Below, one piece after another: positions 1 through 8,924 of a stretch of 42,314 bases of DNA (positions are counted from its first letter, which is position 1; the number at the start of each line of letters is the position of its first letter). Source of the stretch: Hyphomicrobiaceae bacterium (GTDB lineage: Bacteria > Pseudomonadota > Alphaproteobacteria > Rhizobiales > Hyphomicrobiaceae); contig JBKDZY010000802.1 in assembly GCA_047971765.1 (NCBI GenBank), positions 1 through 42,314 of the forward strand, in the 5' to 3' direction. Both the position numbers and the translations under genes were made by a program. Under the pieces are notes generated by a model. The model ran no database searches and was not told the origin of the DNA. It saw only the letters and a program-made list of their open reading frames with translations.

Positions 1-203
1 CCCCCCTCGCGCCGCAGCTCCTTCGCCAGCATCGTGGCCGAGCCGAGCTCGACGCACCGCTCAAAGATCCGGCGCACCGAGGCGGCCTCAGCCTCGTTGA
101 TCACCAGCTTGCGGTCCTGCACATCGTAGCCCGCGTCCCGAGCGCGCGCCTGCGTCCGCCACGACGCCGGATCGCAAGGCGCATCGGGCGGTTTTCCGCA
201 CAC
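1..203 (-). pseudogene. Large serine recombinase (recombinase-domain) fragment, N-terminal catalytic domain absent; runs off the left edge of the window
   Basis: Minus-strand translation of 1..131 gives GYDVQDRKLVINEAEAASVRRIFERCVELGSATMLAKELRREG, the typical start of the 'recombinase' domain of large serine recombinases. Only about 25 codons lie upstream before the MFS gene stop at 223, so there is no room for the ~140-aa resolvase catalytic domain. The only in-frame start candidate is GTG at 201-203. Confidence 0.45.
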
Positions 204-222
204 GATGCGCCGGGTCGCACGC

Positions 223-1611
223 TCAGATGCTGATCTCGTCGAGATCCTTTCCGGCGTGCTCGGGGCTCCAGACCCACACCACGAGGGCCTGTAACAGCAT
301 GGCCACCGGAATGAGCAGGAACGCGAGCGTGAACGAGCCGGTCGCCTGGTGGATCCAGACCGACACGAACGGCCACAGCAGGTAGCCAACGAACAAGGCC
401 ACCCCCCATGAGAAGCCATTGCCGACGCCACGAATGCGTGTCGGATACATTTCGGCCGTGTAGGCGGTGGCCGGCCCCCAGATGCCGAGGAAGCCCAGGC
501 TCCACAGCAGGCCCCAGATCCACAGCCACATCCTGTCCGTCGTCACGCACCACAAGGTGATGAAGAACGCGCCCTGCAGCAGCGCGATGACGAAGCCGGG
601 CCTGCGTCCGAACCTGTCGATCAACCACCCCGCGATGACGATTCCGACGACACCGGCGAGTCCCCATGCTGCATAGAAGCTGGAGTACTCGGCCGTCGAC
701 CAGCCGTGCGTTTCCTTCAGATAGAGCGGCATCCAATAGCCGACGGTCGAGAACGCGATCAGGTTCATGGTCGCAACGAACGTCGCCAGGAATGTCGATT
801 GGCGCGTATCGGGCAGGAAGAGTTGCCGGATGCCGACCTTGTTGGCCTTGCCGATCCAGGCTGCATCGTCCGGGCTCAACGGCTGCCCCTGCGCCTGCTG
901 CTCCTTGATCCGGTTCTTGCGGTCCATGGTCCGCACCCAGTATGGCGATTCCGGACACTTGAGGCGGACATAGATTGCGAGGAGCGCCACCGCGCCCGGC
1001 ACCAGGAACGCGCCTCGCCACCCCCAGTTCGCTGCGATATAGGCGGTGATGCCGCCAGCCAGTGCTGCGCCGAGCCCCCAGGACGAGCGATTGATACTCA
1101 GCACCCGCCCGCGCAACCGCGCGGGCCACGTCTCCGCGACCAGCATCGACCCGATCGCCCATTCTCCGGCAAGCGCGAAGCGACACAGCGCGTAGGCCGC
1201 GATGAAGGCCACATATGTGGGCGCCAGGGCGACCAGGGGCATCGAGAGCGAAAAGAGACCGATGTTGATGGCCAGCAGGTTCCGGCGGCCGTACCTGTCA
1301 GCCAGCCACGGCCACAGATAGGTGCCGACGATGCCGCCAATCATGGCGAGCTGCACGCCCGTGCGCCAATCACTGATGCCCAACTTGAAGTCGGCAATCA
1401 CGAGCGGAGCGACGAGCGCAAACATCGCGCCGTCCATGCCGTCGAACCCCCACCCCATGAAATTGGCCGATGCGATGTGCCAGTGCGTGGGCGTGAGCCG
1501 TTCTGTGACCGTCGCGTTCCGATAGGCCTCGGATTGCATATGGCGCTCTTCGATCGGCCCTGCGGCCTCGGCGCCAGCACGGTCGGACTCCACCGACGAT
1601 AAGGTAGCCAT
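223..1611 (-). CDS. MFS transporter (sugar/metabolite porter-like)
   Basis: 462-aa ORF with about 12 hydrophobic segments and MFS loop motifs (LADRYGRRN, PESPYW). ATG at 1611 is preceded by GGAAGGAAA. Confidence 0.9.
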   Translation of the reverse strand: MATLSSVESDRAGAEAAGPIEERHMQSEAYRNATVTERLTPTHWHIASANFMGWGFDGMDGAMFALVAPLVIADFKLGISDWRTGVQLAMIGGIVGTYLWPWLADRYGRRNLLAINIGLFSLSMPLVALAPTYVAFIAAYALCRFALAGEWAIGSMLVAETWPARLRGRVLSINRSSWGLGAALAGGITAYIAANWGWRGAFLVPGAVALLAIYVRLKCPESPYWVRTMDRKNRIKEQQAQGQPLSPDDAAWIGKANKVGIRQLFLPDTRQSTFLATFVATMNLIAFSTVGYWMPLYLKETHGWSTAEYSSFYAAWGLAGVVGIVIAGWLIDRFGRRPGFVIALLQGAFFITLWCVTTDRMWLWIWGLLWSLGFLGIWGPATAYTAEMYPTRIRGVGNGFSWGVALFVGYLLWPFVSVWIHQATGSFTLAFLLIPVAMLLQALVVWVWSPEHAGKDLDEISI

Positions 1612-1717
1612 TCAATATTTCCTTCCCGAATAGACTGCTCGTTTCAATGTCCGCGTCTGCGCGCAGATAAGCCAAGCCTTGCACGGGAAGATGGGGGCGT
1701 CAGTACGTTTTTCAGCC

Positions 1718-1749
1718 ATCAGATCATCAGATCATCAGATCATCAGATG
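1718..1749. repeat. 8-bp tandem repeat, 4 copies (ATCAGATC x3 + ATCAGATG), in a divergent intergenic region
   Basis: Read directly: c ATCAGATC ATCAGATC ATCAGATC ATCAGATG tc. Confidence 0.9.
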
Positions 1750-1916
1750 TCAAAACAAATGATGCGCACCCGCAACCAAACCGTCGATACGACCGCTCTC
1801 GGAACCGGGGTCTGCCCGACGCGGCCGCTCGCCGGCTTTCCCGGTGAGGGCAGCATTGCAAACCGATGGCAGCCTTGCGAAATTGCACGGAACGGACGCT
1901 ATCGAGCGGAGGCCCA

Positions 1917-2549
1917 ATGCGGCTATTGGTTCCACTTCAGGCTTTGACGGTCGCCATGCTGGCGACGGTCCTCCCGCTGCAACCGGCAACGGCGGCAACC
2001 TTTTCAGCCAGCTTTGTCGAAGCCTTCATCTCGGCCTGCACGCCCGAGCGCACCAGCTTCTCGAAGACCGTGGCTCATGCGCGATCACTCGGATGGTCCG
2101 AAGTTGAAACGGCCAGCAACGCCGAGTTGGCGGCCATGATCAAGCGGTCGGAGAAGGGTATCGCGGAAGGCAGGGCCGAGGGTTACCTCAGCGGTTACGA
2201 GATGACCGTGCTGAGCCGCGTCACCGCAGGCCGCCCCTTGCACCTCATCGTGTCGCTTACCCGGTCCAAATACTTGGACATGGTGGGCTGCTATCTCTAC
2301 GATTTCGAAGCGACCGCGCCGCTGGACAGGGCAGAGGTGACGCGCGCGCTCGGGATAGAGCCCGCCAACAAGATGGACACACCCGAGCTTGTCTCGGCCG
2401 TCTGGGGACCATCACCACGCTACAGCCGCACGTTCGACACCTATCTCTCGTTTGTGCCACCCGGCAGTCCGCACGCCGCCAAGACAGGTTTCGACGGAGC
2501 GGTGTTGAAGTTCACCGTCTCGGCAGCAAAAGAACCGGCTGACAAATAG
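1917..2549 (+). CDS. Hypothetical secreted protein (Sec signal peptide)
   Basis: Internal ATG of ORF 1866..2549 gives MRLLVPLQALTVAMLATVLPLQPATAATF, a signal-peptide-like N-terminus with an A-x-A site. I recognise no family. Confidence 0.55.
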   Translation: MRLLVPLQALTVAMLATVLPLQPATAATFSASFVEAFISACTPERTSFSKTVAHARSLGWSEVETASNAELAAMIKRSEKGIAEGRAEGYLSGYEMTVLSRVTAGRPLHLIVSLTRSKYLDMVGCYLYDFEATAPLDRAEVTRALGIEPANKMDTPELVSAVWGPSPRYSRTFDTYLSFVPPGSPHAAKTGFDGAVLKFTVSAAKEPADK

Positions 2550-2667
2550 CGGCCGATTGGCGGTCGTTGCCGAAGGGTGCGGCACGCGCGCTTCACCGGC
2601 GCTCCCAGACGCACCCCTTGGCGGGATTTCCTATCGCTCCAGGAGCGATCTCAAGCGAGAGGTTCGG

Positions 2668-2700
2668 GCGCGTCCGCCATTGCAATTGAAGCGGACGCGC
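2668..2700. terminator. GC-rich hairpin between convergent genes (candidate terminator, no U-tract)
   Basis: GCGCGTCCGC (2668-2677) and GCGGACGCGC (2691-2700) form a perfect 10-bp stem with a 13-nt loop, 9 nt beyond the stop of the minus-strand SBP gene. Confidence 0.3.
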
Positions 2701-2708
2701 TCCTGCAT

Positions 2709-4301
2709 CTACTTGTCGAGCCAGATGCCTTCCATCCGCCAATCGTTATAGATGCTGTTGACGTGGAGCTGCACACCCTTGACGTAGGGATGCCAGCATG
2801 TCGCCGCCACACCGTGGAAGATGATCGGCCGGGCCACATCCCTGATCAGGATCTTCTCGATCTGGTCCACGATCACCTTGCGCCTGGTGGCATCGCCTTC
2901 CATCGACTGCTTGTCGAACAGCTTCTCGAGTTCGGGGTTGCAGTACTTCGTGTAATTGCGCTGCGAGCCGCACTTGTAGTTCTCGTAGTAGTTCACGTCC
3001 GGGTCATCGACCCCGACTCCGGTCAGGTTCAAGCCGATGGCGTAGTCCTTGCGCGCCACCTTGGCATGCCAGATGGAGGTGTCGACCACGTCGAGTTCAC
3101 CGGCGATATGGATCTTCTTCAACTGGTCGATCAGGATCACGGCCGGGTCGCGGTAGACCGCAATATTGCGGGTCGAGATCTTCACCTTGAGCGGGTTCGT
3201 TTGTGAGTATCCAAGGCCTTCCATGATCTTGCGCGCCTTGGCCCGATTGCCCTCAATGTCGGGGCCGTAGCCCGGCTGGTCCTTGAGTTCGGCAGCACCA
3301 AGCCCCCACCTGCCATCAGGCGGCGGCATCATGGCGCCGCCGATCTGCGCCTTGCCCTCCGTCAGGATGTCAATGAAGGATTGCCGGTCGAGCGCCAACG
3401 CCATTGCCTCACGGATCTTGGCGTCATTGAAGGGCGCTTCATCACGATTGACGATCAGGTTCGTCGAAACGCCCGTGGACGTCATGTCGCAAACGGCATC
3501 GGGGGCACGGTTCTTGACATCCTTCATCAACGGAACGGTCACGTCCGTGGGGAACGTTATGTCGAAGTCGCCGTTCGAGAAGGCCAGGATGCGTGTCGAT
3601 CTGTTGGTGACAACGCGCCACTCGTGCCCGTCGAGATAGGGCAGGCCCTTTTTCCAGTAGTCCTTGTTCTTCGTGAACTTGATGTACTCGTTGCGCTTGA
3701 ACTCGACGAACTTGAACGGACCGGTACCGATGGGGTTGGTGCGCATGACCTGGGCCGACACATGGCAGGGGTACATGGGCGTGAAACCGGCAGCCAGCAA
3801 CATCAGGAACGCGGGCTGCGGTCTACCGAGAGTGAAGGTGACCTCGGTGTCCCCGTTGATCTTCACCTCCTTCAGATTGTGATACCAGATCGCCCGCGGG
3901 TTCTTTCGCAGCCGGTCCTTCGATTTGCCCTGGAGAAGGTCGAACGTGCATTTGACGTCCTTGGCCGTGAACGGCTTGCCGTCATGCCACTTGACGCCGG
4001 TGCGCAGCTTGAACGTGAGTTTCGTCCTGCTATCGTCCCACGCCCACTCGGTGGCGAGTTCGGGAACAATCGTATCCATGCCCTCGATGCGCTTGGCCTG
4101 ATCGAACATGACAAGATTGTTGAACACGCTCATGTACGGGTTCGTGGTCGAATTTGTCGCCTCCTCATGGATCGAGCCCGACGGCGGATTGCCACGGTGA
4201 TAGAAATTCAGGATGCCACCACTCTTCTGGGCAAACGCCGGAGCGGCGACACCAGCCAAGGCAACCGAAACGGCAAAAATGCCGGCAGCAGTTGTTCGCA
4301 T
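2709..4301 (-). CDS. ABC transporter substrate-binding protein, family 5 (peptide/nickel/opine type), orphan
   Basis: 530 aa. Signal peptide MRTTAAGIFAVSVALAGVAAPAFAQ. DppA/OppA-like blocks (TFKLRTGVKWHDGKPFTAKDV, GTGPFKFVEFKRNEYI). No permease or ATPase genes adjacent. Confidence 0.9.
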   Translation of the reverse strand: MRTTAAGIFAVSVALAGVAAPAFAQKSGGILNFYHRGNPPSGSIHEEATNSTTNPYMSVFNNLVMFDQAKRIEGMDTIVPELATEWAWDDSRTKLTFKLRTGVKWHDGKPFTAKDVKCTFDLLQGKSKDRLRKNPRAIWYHNLKEVKINGDTEVTFTLGRPQPAFLMLLAAGFTPMYPCHVSAQVMRTNPIGTGPFKFVEFKRNEYIKFTKNKDYWKKGLPYLDGHEWRVVTNRSTRILAFSNGDFDITFPTDVTVPLMKDVKNRAPDAVCDMTSTGVSTNLIVNRDEAPFNDAKIREAMALALDRQSFIDILTEGKAQIGGAMMPPPDGRWGLGAAELKDQPGYGPDIEGNRAKARKIMEGLGYSQTNPLKVKISTRNIAVYRDPAVILIDQLKKIHIAGELDVVDTSIWHAKVARKDYAIGLNLTGVGVDDPDVNYYENYKCGSQRNYTKYCNPELEKLFDKQSMEGDATRRKVIVDQIEKILIRDVARPIIFHGVAATCWHPYVKGVQLHVNSIYNDWRMEGIWLDK

Positions 4302-4627
4302 CTGCTTCTCCCTTCCTTCGTTTCTGTTTCTTTTTTTCCAGGACCCGGCGCGCCAGGCCCCACCCGTTCCGGTCTTTTTGCCGGCTGACGTTTCCTCGTT
4401 AAAAATTGAGGCTATCTGTCGCAGAACCCGAGATCAACCCGCAATGCCGACCCGGGGCCGACTGCCTCGCAGGCCCATTCTTCATCGGTCACGGGGCACG
4501 AGTCCTTGTGCCTTGAGAGTGGTTTGCGAGCTGCCACTGCCGTCATGAGCGAACTCATTCGACGGACGGCGCATTGCCGGGTATCCCTTGCGCGGTCTGC
4601 ATCACATCACTTCGAGGGGGATACCCC

Positions 4628-5260
4628 ATGGATACAACGGAACTTGTGAAGGTCTTCGGCGCCTTCTTTGCGATCATGAACCCGTTCGTGAACCTGCCGA
4701 TGTTCCTAGCGCTCACTTCCGGCTTCAGTGTCGGCGAGCAGCGCATCCTTGCCGCCAAGATCACGATCTATTCGGCAGTCATGTGCCTCGTCATCCTCAT
4801 CGCGGGGCAGAAGATCATCGGCTTCTTCGGCATCACCGTCGACCAGTTCCGGATCGCGGGCGGCGTGGTGCTCGCGCATATCTCCTGGTCGATGCTCAGC
4901 GGCGGACAGATCACCTCGCATCAAGGGACCCAGCGCGAGCAGGTGAGCATGCAGGAGCTGGAGAGCATGGCCTTCTATCCGATCACATTCCCGATGATCG
5001 TGGGCCCGGGCACAATTGCAACGATCATCATTTTCACCGGACAGACCTCGTCCTGGTCCGGCCTCATGATGGTCGCCGGTGTGCTTGCCGTCATTCTGGT
5101 CATGCTGTTTGTCGTGCTGTTCTTCTCCTCGAGCATCGGCAAGCTCCTGAGCGACACCATGCGCGTGATCACGACCCGGCTGATGGGCATGATCCTGCTC
5201 GCGATCTCGGTTTCGATGATCGTTGCCGGCCTCAAGGTTGTACTGCCTGGGCTTGCTTGA
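4628..5260 (+). CDS. MarC family (UPF0056) integral membrane protein
   Basis: MDTTELVKVFGAFFAIMNPFVNLPMFLALT is the typical MarC N-terminus, followed by six hydrophobic segments. ATG at 4628 is internal to ORF 4574..5260. Confidence 0.85.
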   Translation: MDTTELVKVFGAFFAIMNPFVNLPMFLALTSGFSVGEQRILAAKITIYSAVMCLVILIAGQKIIGFFGITVDQFRIAGGVVLAHISWSMLSGGQITSHQGTQREQVSMQELESMAFYPITFPMIVGPGTIATIIIFTGQTSSWSGLMMVAGVLAVILVMLFVVLFFSSSIGKLLSDTMRVITTRLMGMILLAISVSMIVAGLKVVLPGLA

Positions 5261-5514
5261 ACCAGCGCTCGGTTCAATCGACGTGGCCAGCGCCAATCGC
5301 ACGCCAGTCCAACGGTCCTGGCGTTGGCCGCTGCCGTCGTGGTGAGACTGCCACGGAGACGCCCGACCGGACCTGTGCGTGGTCACTGGCCTATTTCCAG
5401 TTCGCCACCAGACCGGTTATCCTGTGCCTGCTGCGTCGCGCCGGGCAACGGGTCATGCGCCGCTGGTCCCGAACCGACTTTGCATGTCTCCCGGGAAGAA
5501 CAGGAATCACGGCT

Positions 5515-6678
5515 GTGAGCAATCAGGACCCAATTGTCGTCATAGGCGCTGGCCAGTGCGGCTTGAAAGCCGTGGAGACACTGCGGCAAGCGGGATACGA
5601 TGGCGCGTTGCAGCTTGTCGGAGAGGAGCCACACGCACCCTACCAGCGGCCGCCACTCTCAAAAGCGTTCCTGAAGGGCGCGATGAGCGAAGACCGACTG
5701 CAACTGACGCACAGCGATTTCTTTTCCGACCAGAATATCGAGACCTGCTTCGGGTCGAAAGTTGTCCGCCTGGACACCGGAGCCCACATTGCCGAGCTGG
5801 ATGACGGCCATTCGCTGCGCTATTCGAAAGCGCTGGTGGCGACCGGATCGCGCCCACGCCCACTTCCTCTACCGGGCAGTGATCTGTCAGGCGTCCACAC
5901 GCTGCGTACCTTGAACGACACCAAGTATCTCGCCGAGACACGCTCGGGCAAGACCTCCATTGCCATCATCGGCGGGGGCTACATCGGACTGGAGGTTGCC
6001 GCCTCCATGCGCGTTCTCGGACACGAGGTGACCGTGATCGAAGGCGCGCAGCGTGTGCTTGAGCGCGTGGTCTGTCCCCAGGTATCGCAATTCTTCGAGG
6101 ACCTTCATGCGCGCAACGGCGTCGCAATCCGAAAAGGCATTCTGCCGACGGCCCTGACAGGCGACGGCCATGTCACGGCGGTCGAACTTGCGGACGGCCA
6201 GAGCATCGCCTGCAATGTCGTCCTGATCGCGATCGGCGGTGTGCCCAACGTCGATCTGGCCGCGTCCGCGGGCCTGCCGGTCGATGGCGGCATCCACGTC
6301 GATGAGGCCTGCAGGACCTCGGCGCCGGACGTTTTTGCCGCTGGCGATTGTGCATTCTTCCCGTCCAGGCGATATGGCCGCCATATCCGGCTGGAAAGCG
6401 TCCAGAACGCCATCGACCAAGGCAAGGCCGCTGCCCGCTCCATGCTTGGCGAGGTGGTCAGCTACGACCCCGTGCCGTGGTTCTGGTCGGACCAGTTCGA
6501 CGCCAAACTGCAGATCGCCGGTCTTTCGCAAGGCTTCGACCGCGTCGAGACCTGCAAGGGCCCGCGGGATGAGAGCTTTTCGGTCACCTATTTCAGCCAG
6601 GGGCGCATGATCTGCGTCGATGCCGTGAATTTCCCGCGCGCCCACATGCTTGCGCGCCGCCAGCTCGCGGGCGACTGA
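5515..6678 (+). CDS. FAD-dependent pyridine-nucleotide oxidoreductase (ferredoxin/rubredoxin reductase type)
   Basis: This is the C-terminal ~387 aa of the 696-aa open frame. It has two Rossmann motifs (VVIGAGQCGLKAVE; IAIIGGGYIGLEVAA) and AAGDCA. GTG at 5515 has AGGAA ~10 nt upstream; the alternative is ATG 5455. The frame upstream of that overlaps marC and is R/P/H-rich junk. Confidence 0.85.
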   Translation: MSNQDPIVVIGAGQCGLKAVETLRQAGYDGALQLVGEEPHAPYQRPPLSKAFLKGAMSEDRLQLTHSDFFSDQNIETCFGSKVVRLDTGAHIAELDDGHSLRYSKALVATGSRPRPLPLPGSDLSGVHTLRTLNDTKYLAETRSGKTSIAIIGGGYIGLEVAASMRVLGHEVTVIEGAQRVLERVVCPQVSQFFEDLHARNGVAIRKGILPTALTGDGHVTAVELADGQSIACNVVLIAIGGVPNVDLAASAGLPVDGGIHVDEACRTSAPDVFAAGDCAFFPSRRYGRHIRLESVQNAIDQGKAAARSMLGEVVSYDPVPWFWSDQFDAKLQIAGLSQGFDRVETCKGPRDESFSVTYFSQGRMICVDAVNFPRAHMLARRQLAGD

Positions 6679-6704
6679 CCCCTCGCCTGCGCCCTTCTTC
6701 GGAT

Positions 6705-8924
6705 TCACCCGTGGGTCTCGGATCGTTCCAGGAGGTTCGCGATGGCGGCGGCAAGGTCCTTCAGCTCGAACGGCTTTTTCATGTAGGTCATTCGGGCCGG
6801 GTCCCATTTCTGGAAATCGACTTTCGAGAATCCCGTTGCGACGATGATGCTGCAGTCCGGACGGACCTCATGGATCCTCTCGGCAATCTCAGGCCCCGAC
6901 AATCCGGGCAGGTTCATGTCCAGGACAACGAGGTCTATCTCACCCTTGAAGCGCCTGAACAGCGACACCGCCTCGGAGTCCGTCGATGCCGCAAGCGTTC
7001 GATATCCAAGCGCCGAGAGGTAGCCGGTCATGATTTCCAGGAAGTCCTTTTCATCATCGACAACCAGTATCCTCCGGTCAGACACGGCACTGTCCTGCCC
7101 TGTCACTGAGGCATAATTCGGCAGCGGCTGCTCCGTAAGTGGCAGGTGGATCGTGAAGGTCGATCCCTTGCCCGGTTCACTCTCGACCTCGATGTCTCCG
7201 GAATGGGTGGCGACCGTGCTCTGGATCACGCTCAAGCCGAGCCCCGATCCGCCCTGCTCCGACCTCTTCGTGAAGAACGGCTCGAAGATCTGCTTCATGT
7301 CCTCGTGGGCAATTCCGTGTCCGTCATCGGTCCAGACGACCTTCACGAAGCCGTTTGCCGTGCCCGCCGCTCCGGCCAGCGGTCTACTCGCCAGCAGCGT
7401 AACGCCAACCCGGCCCGGCCCGTCGATGGCCTGGATCGAATTCAGTCCCAGGTTGATGAAAAGCCCTTCGAGCGCCGACGCGTCACCCAGGACTCTCCGG
7501 CGGGACTGATCGAGTTCGCACTCGATATCAATCAGGATATTCCTGTCGCTGGTGCGGCGCAGCACCTCAACGGCGTTCTCGACAATCTTCAGGAGATCCA
7601 CCGGCGCGAGGGATATTTCCGACTTCCGCGCCAGGGCGAGCAGGCGGTTGGTCAACGCACTGGACCGCTTCACAGCCTGGTCGACAATCTCGATGTAGCG
7701 CGCGCTCATCGTGTGATCGTCGCGCGCCAACGCCGACTTTATCATCTCGAAGGCGCCAGAGATGATGGCGAGCGCATTGTTGAATTCATGAGCCATGCCG
7801 CCGGACAGCATCCCGATGGCACGCAGCTTGTCGCTTCGCCTCAGGTTTTCCTTCAGGGCATTCTCTTCCGTGATATCGCGGAAAACGAAAACCACGCCAT
7901 CGACAATGTCCTCTCTGCAGTGGATGGGGGCAGCCGCATACGAGATGGTCCGCAACTCACCGCTGCTGTTGCGCAAACTCGTGCCGTCGGGGCATTCGTC
8001 CACCTGACCTGTTCTCAGCACTTCCTCGGCGGGATTGGTGACCTCACCTCCATCGGCCGACCGGACCAGCCTGAGGACCTCGCCGATCGGGTGCCCCTGC
8101 AATCGCGCGAGTTGATGGCCGAGGATCTTTTCCGCGGCGGGATTGAGTGTCTCCAGCCGGCCTTGTGCATCGGTCACGACAACGCCGTCACCGATAGAGC
8201 GGAGTGTCACCCGGGATCGTTTCTCGGCTGCCGCGATCTGCTCCTGGCGCAGAGCCGCAAGCTTGATTTTGGGGCGCAGCAAGGCGAACCAGGAGCTCCA
8301 TATCGTGATCTGCAGGATCGCAAGAATAAAGAAGATCGCGGGCAGGCGGTTGTCCATCATGCCCTTGAGGAGCCTGTCCAGCGCCTTGTGCTTTTCCCTC
8401 AGGGGATCCAGTGCCGCGCCGGAGGCCAGCAGAATTGCATCGACCGGCTCCATGCTCGAATAGCGTGCGGCGAGCAGGTTCGACGACGTCACCGACAGCC
8501 GATCCAGGTAGTTCCGAACGGAGGGCTTTATGTCCTCGTTCGCGATGCGCGCCAGCCGCTGCCTGTAGCCGATCGAATACCATTGGGCCTTCAAGGCCTC
8601 GAGCAACCGGTGCTCGCGCTCGTCCAGCAGGTGGCTCTCGGCGATCAGCGCCTTCAGCCTGGCATTGAGCACCCTGTGCACATGGACCGGCACCTCCCCT
8701 TTTTCCGAAAAGCTGGAAAGGTTGAGCGACATCACGGAAATCTGCCGCCAGATATCCCTGTTCTTCTTGACGACATTGCCAAGCTCGTGAACGCCGCGCT
8801 CGAAGCGGAAGGCGAGCAGAAGATAGATGGTTCCCAGGGTTACAAGTACGGTAATGCTGCAATATGCAATGAATCCGGCTCGATATGTTCGATCATTGCG
8901 CACGCTGATGGATCCATGCCTCAC
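6705..8924 (-). CDS. Hybrid sensor histidine kinase / response regulator (2 TM, PAS, HisKA, HATPase, receiver)
   Basis: H-box GGMAHEFNNALAII; N-box FINLGLNSIQAI; G-boxes DDGHGI and GGSGLGL. PAS-like segment RSIGDGVVVTDAQGRLETLNPAAEKILG. C-terminal receiver RILVVDDEKD...DLVVLDMNLPG. The start is GTG (8924). Confidence 0.9.
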   Translation of the reverse strand: MRHGSISVRNDRTYRAGFIAYCSITVLVTLGTIYLLLAFRFERGVHELGNVVKKNRDIWRQISVMSLNLSSFSEKGEVPVHVHRVLNARLKALIAESHLLDEREHRLLEALKAQWYSIGYRQRLARIANEDIKPSVRNYLDRLSVTSSNLLAARYSSMEPVDAILLASGAALDPLREKHKALDRLLKGMMDNRLPAIFFILAILQITIWSSWFALLRPKIKLAALRQEQIAAAEKRSRVTLRSIGDGVVVTDAQGRLETLNPAAEKILGHQLARLQGHPIGEVLRLVRSADGGEVTNPAEEVLRTGQVDECPDGTSLRNSSGELRTISYAAAPIHCREDIVDGVVFVFRDITEENALKENLRRSDKLRAIGMLSGGMAHEFNNALAIISGAFEMIKSALARDDHTMSARYIEIVDQAVKRSSALTNRLLALARKSEISLAPVDLLKIVENAVEVLRRTSDRNILIDIECELDQSRRRVLGDASALEGLFINLGLNSIQAIDGPGRVGVTLLASRPLAGAAGTANGFVKVVWTDDGHGIAHEDMKQIFEPFFTKRSEQGGSGLGLSVIQSTVATHSGDIEVESEPGKGSTFTIHLPLTEQPLPNYASVTGQDSAVSDRRILVVDDEKDFLEIMTGYLSALGYRTLAASTDSEAVSLFRRFKGEIDLVVLDMNLPGLSGPEIAERIHEVRPDCSIIVATGFSKVDFQKWDPARMTYMKKPFELKDLAAAIANLLERSETHG

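Noticed and set aside
1718-1749. The 8-bp tandem repeat as a CRISPR or mini-array
   Set aside because: The units are contiguous with no spacers and far too short. It is a microsatellite, reported as a repeat only.
1747-1947. 66-aa ORF starting immediately after the tandem repeat
   Set aside because: It has no SD, a poor protein-like composition, and overlaps the better-supported secreted-protein gene start region.
5265-5290. GGTTCAATC, a tRNA T-loop-like string
   Set aside because: The flanking bases do not form a T-stem, and no acceptor or anticodon arms can be drawn. It is not a tRNA.
4588-5514. Upstream 309 codons of the 696-aa frame, which would make a giant MarC-overlapping fusion with the ferredoxin reductase
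   Set aside because: This part overlaps marC in another frame and is H/R/P-rich nonsense. The Rossmann fold begins right after GTG 5515 / ATG 5455, the normal N-terminus for this family.
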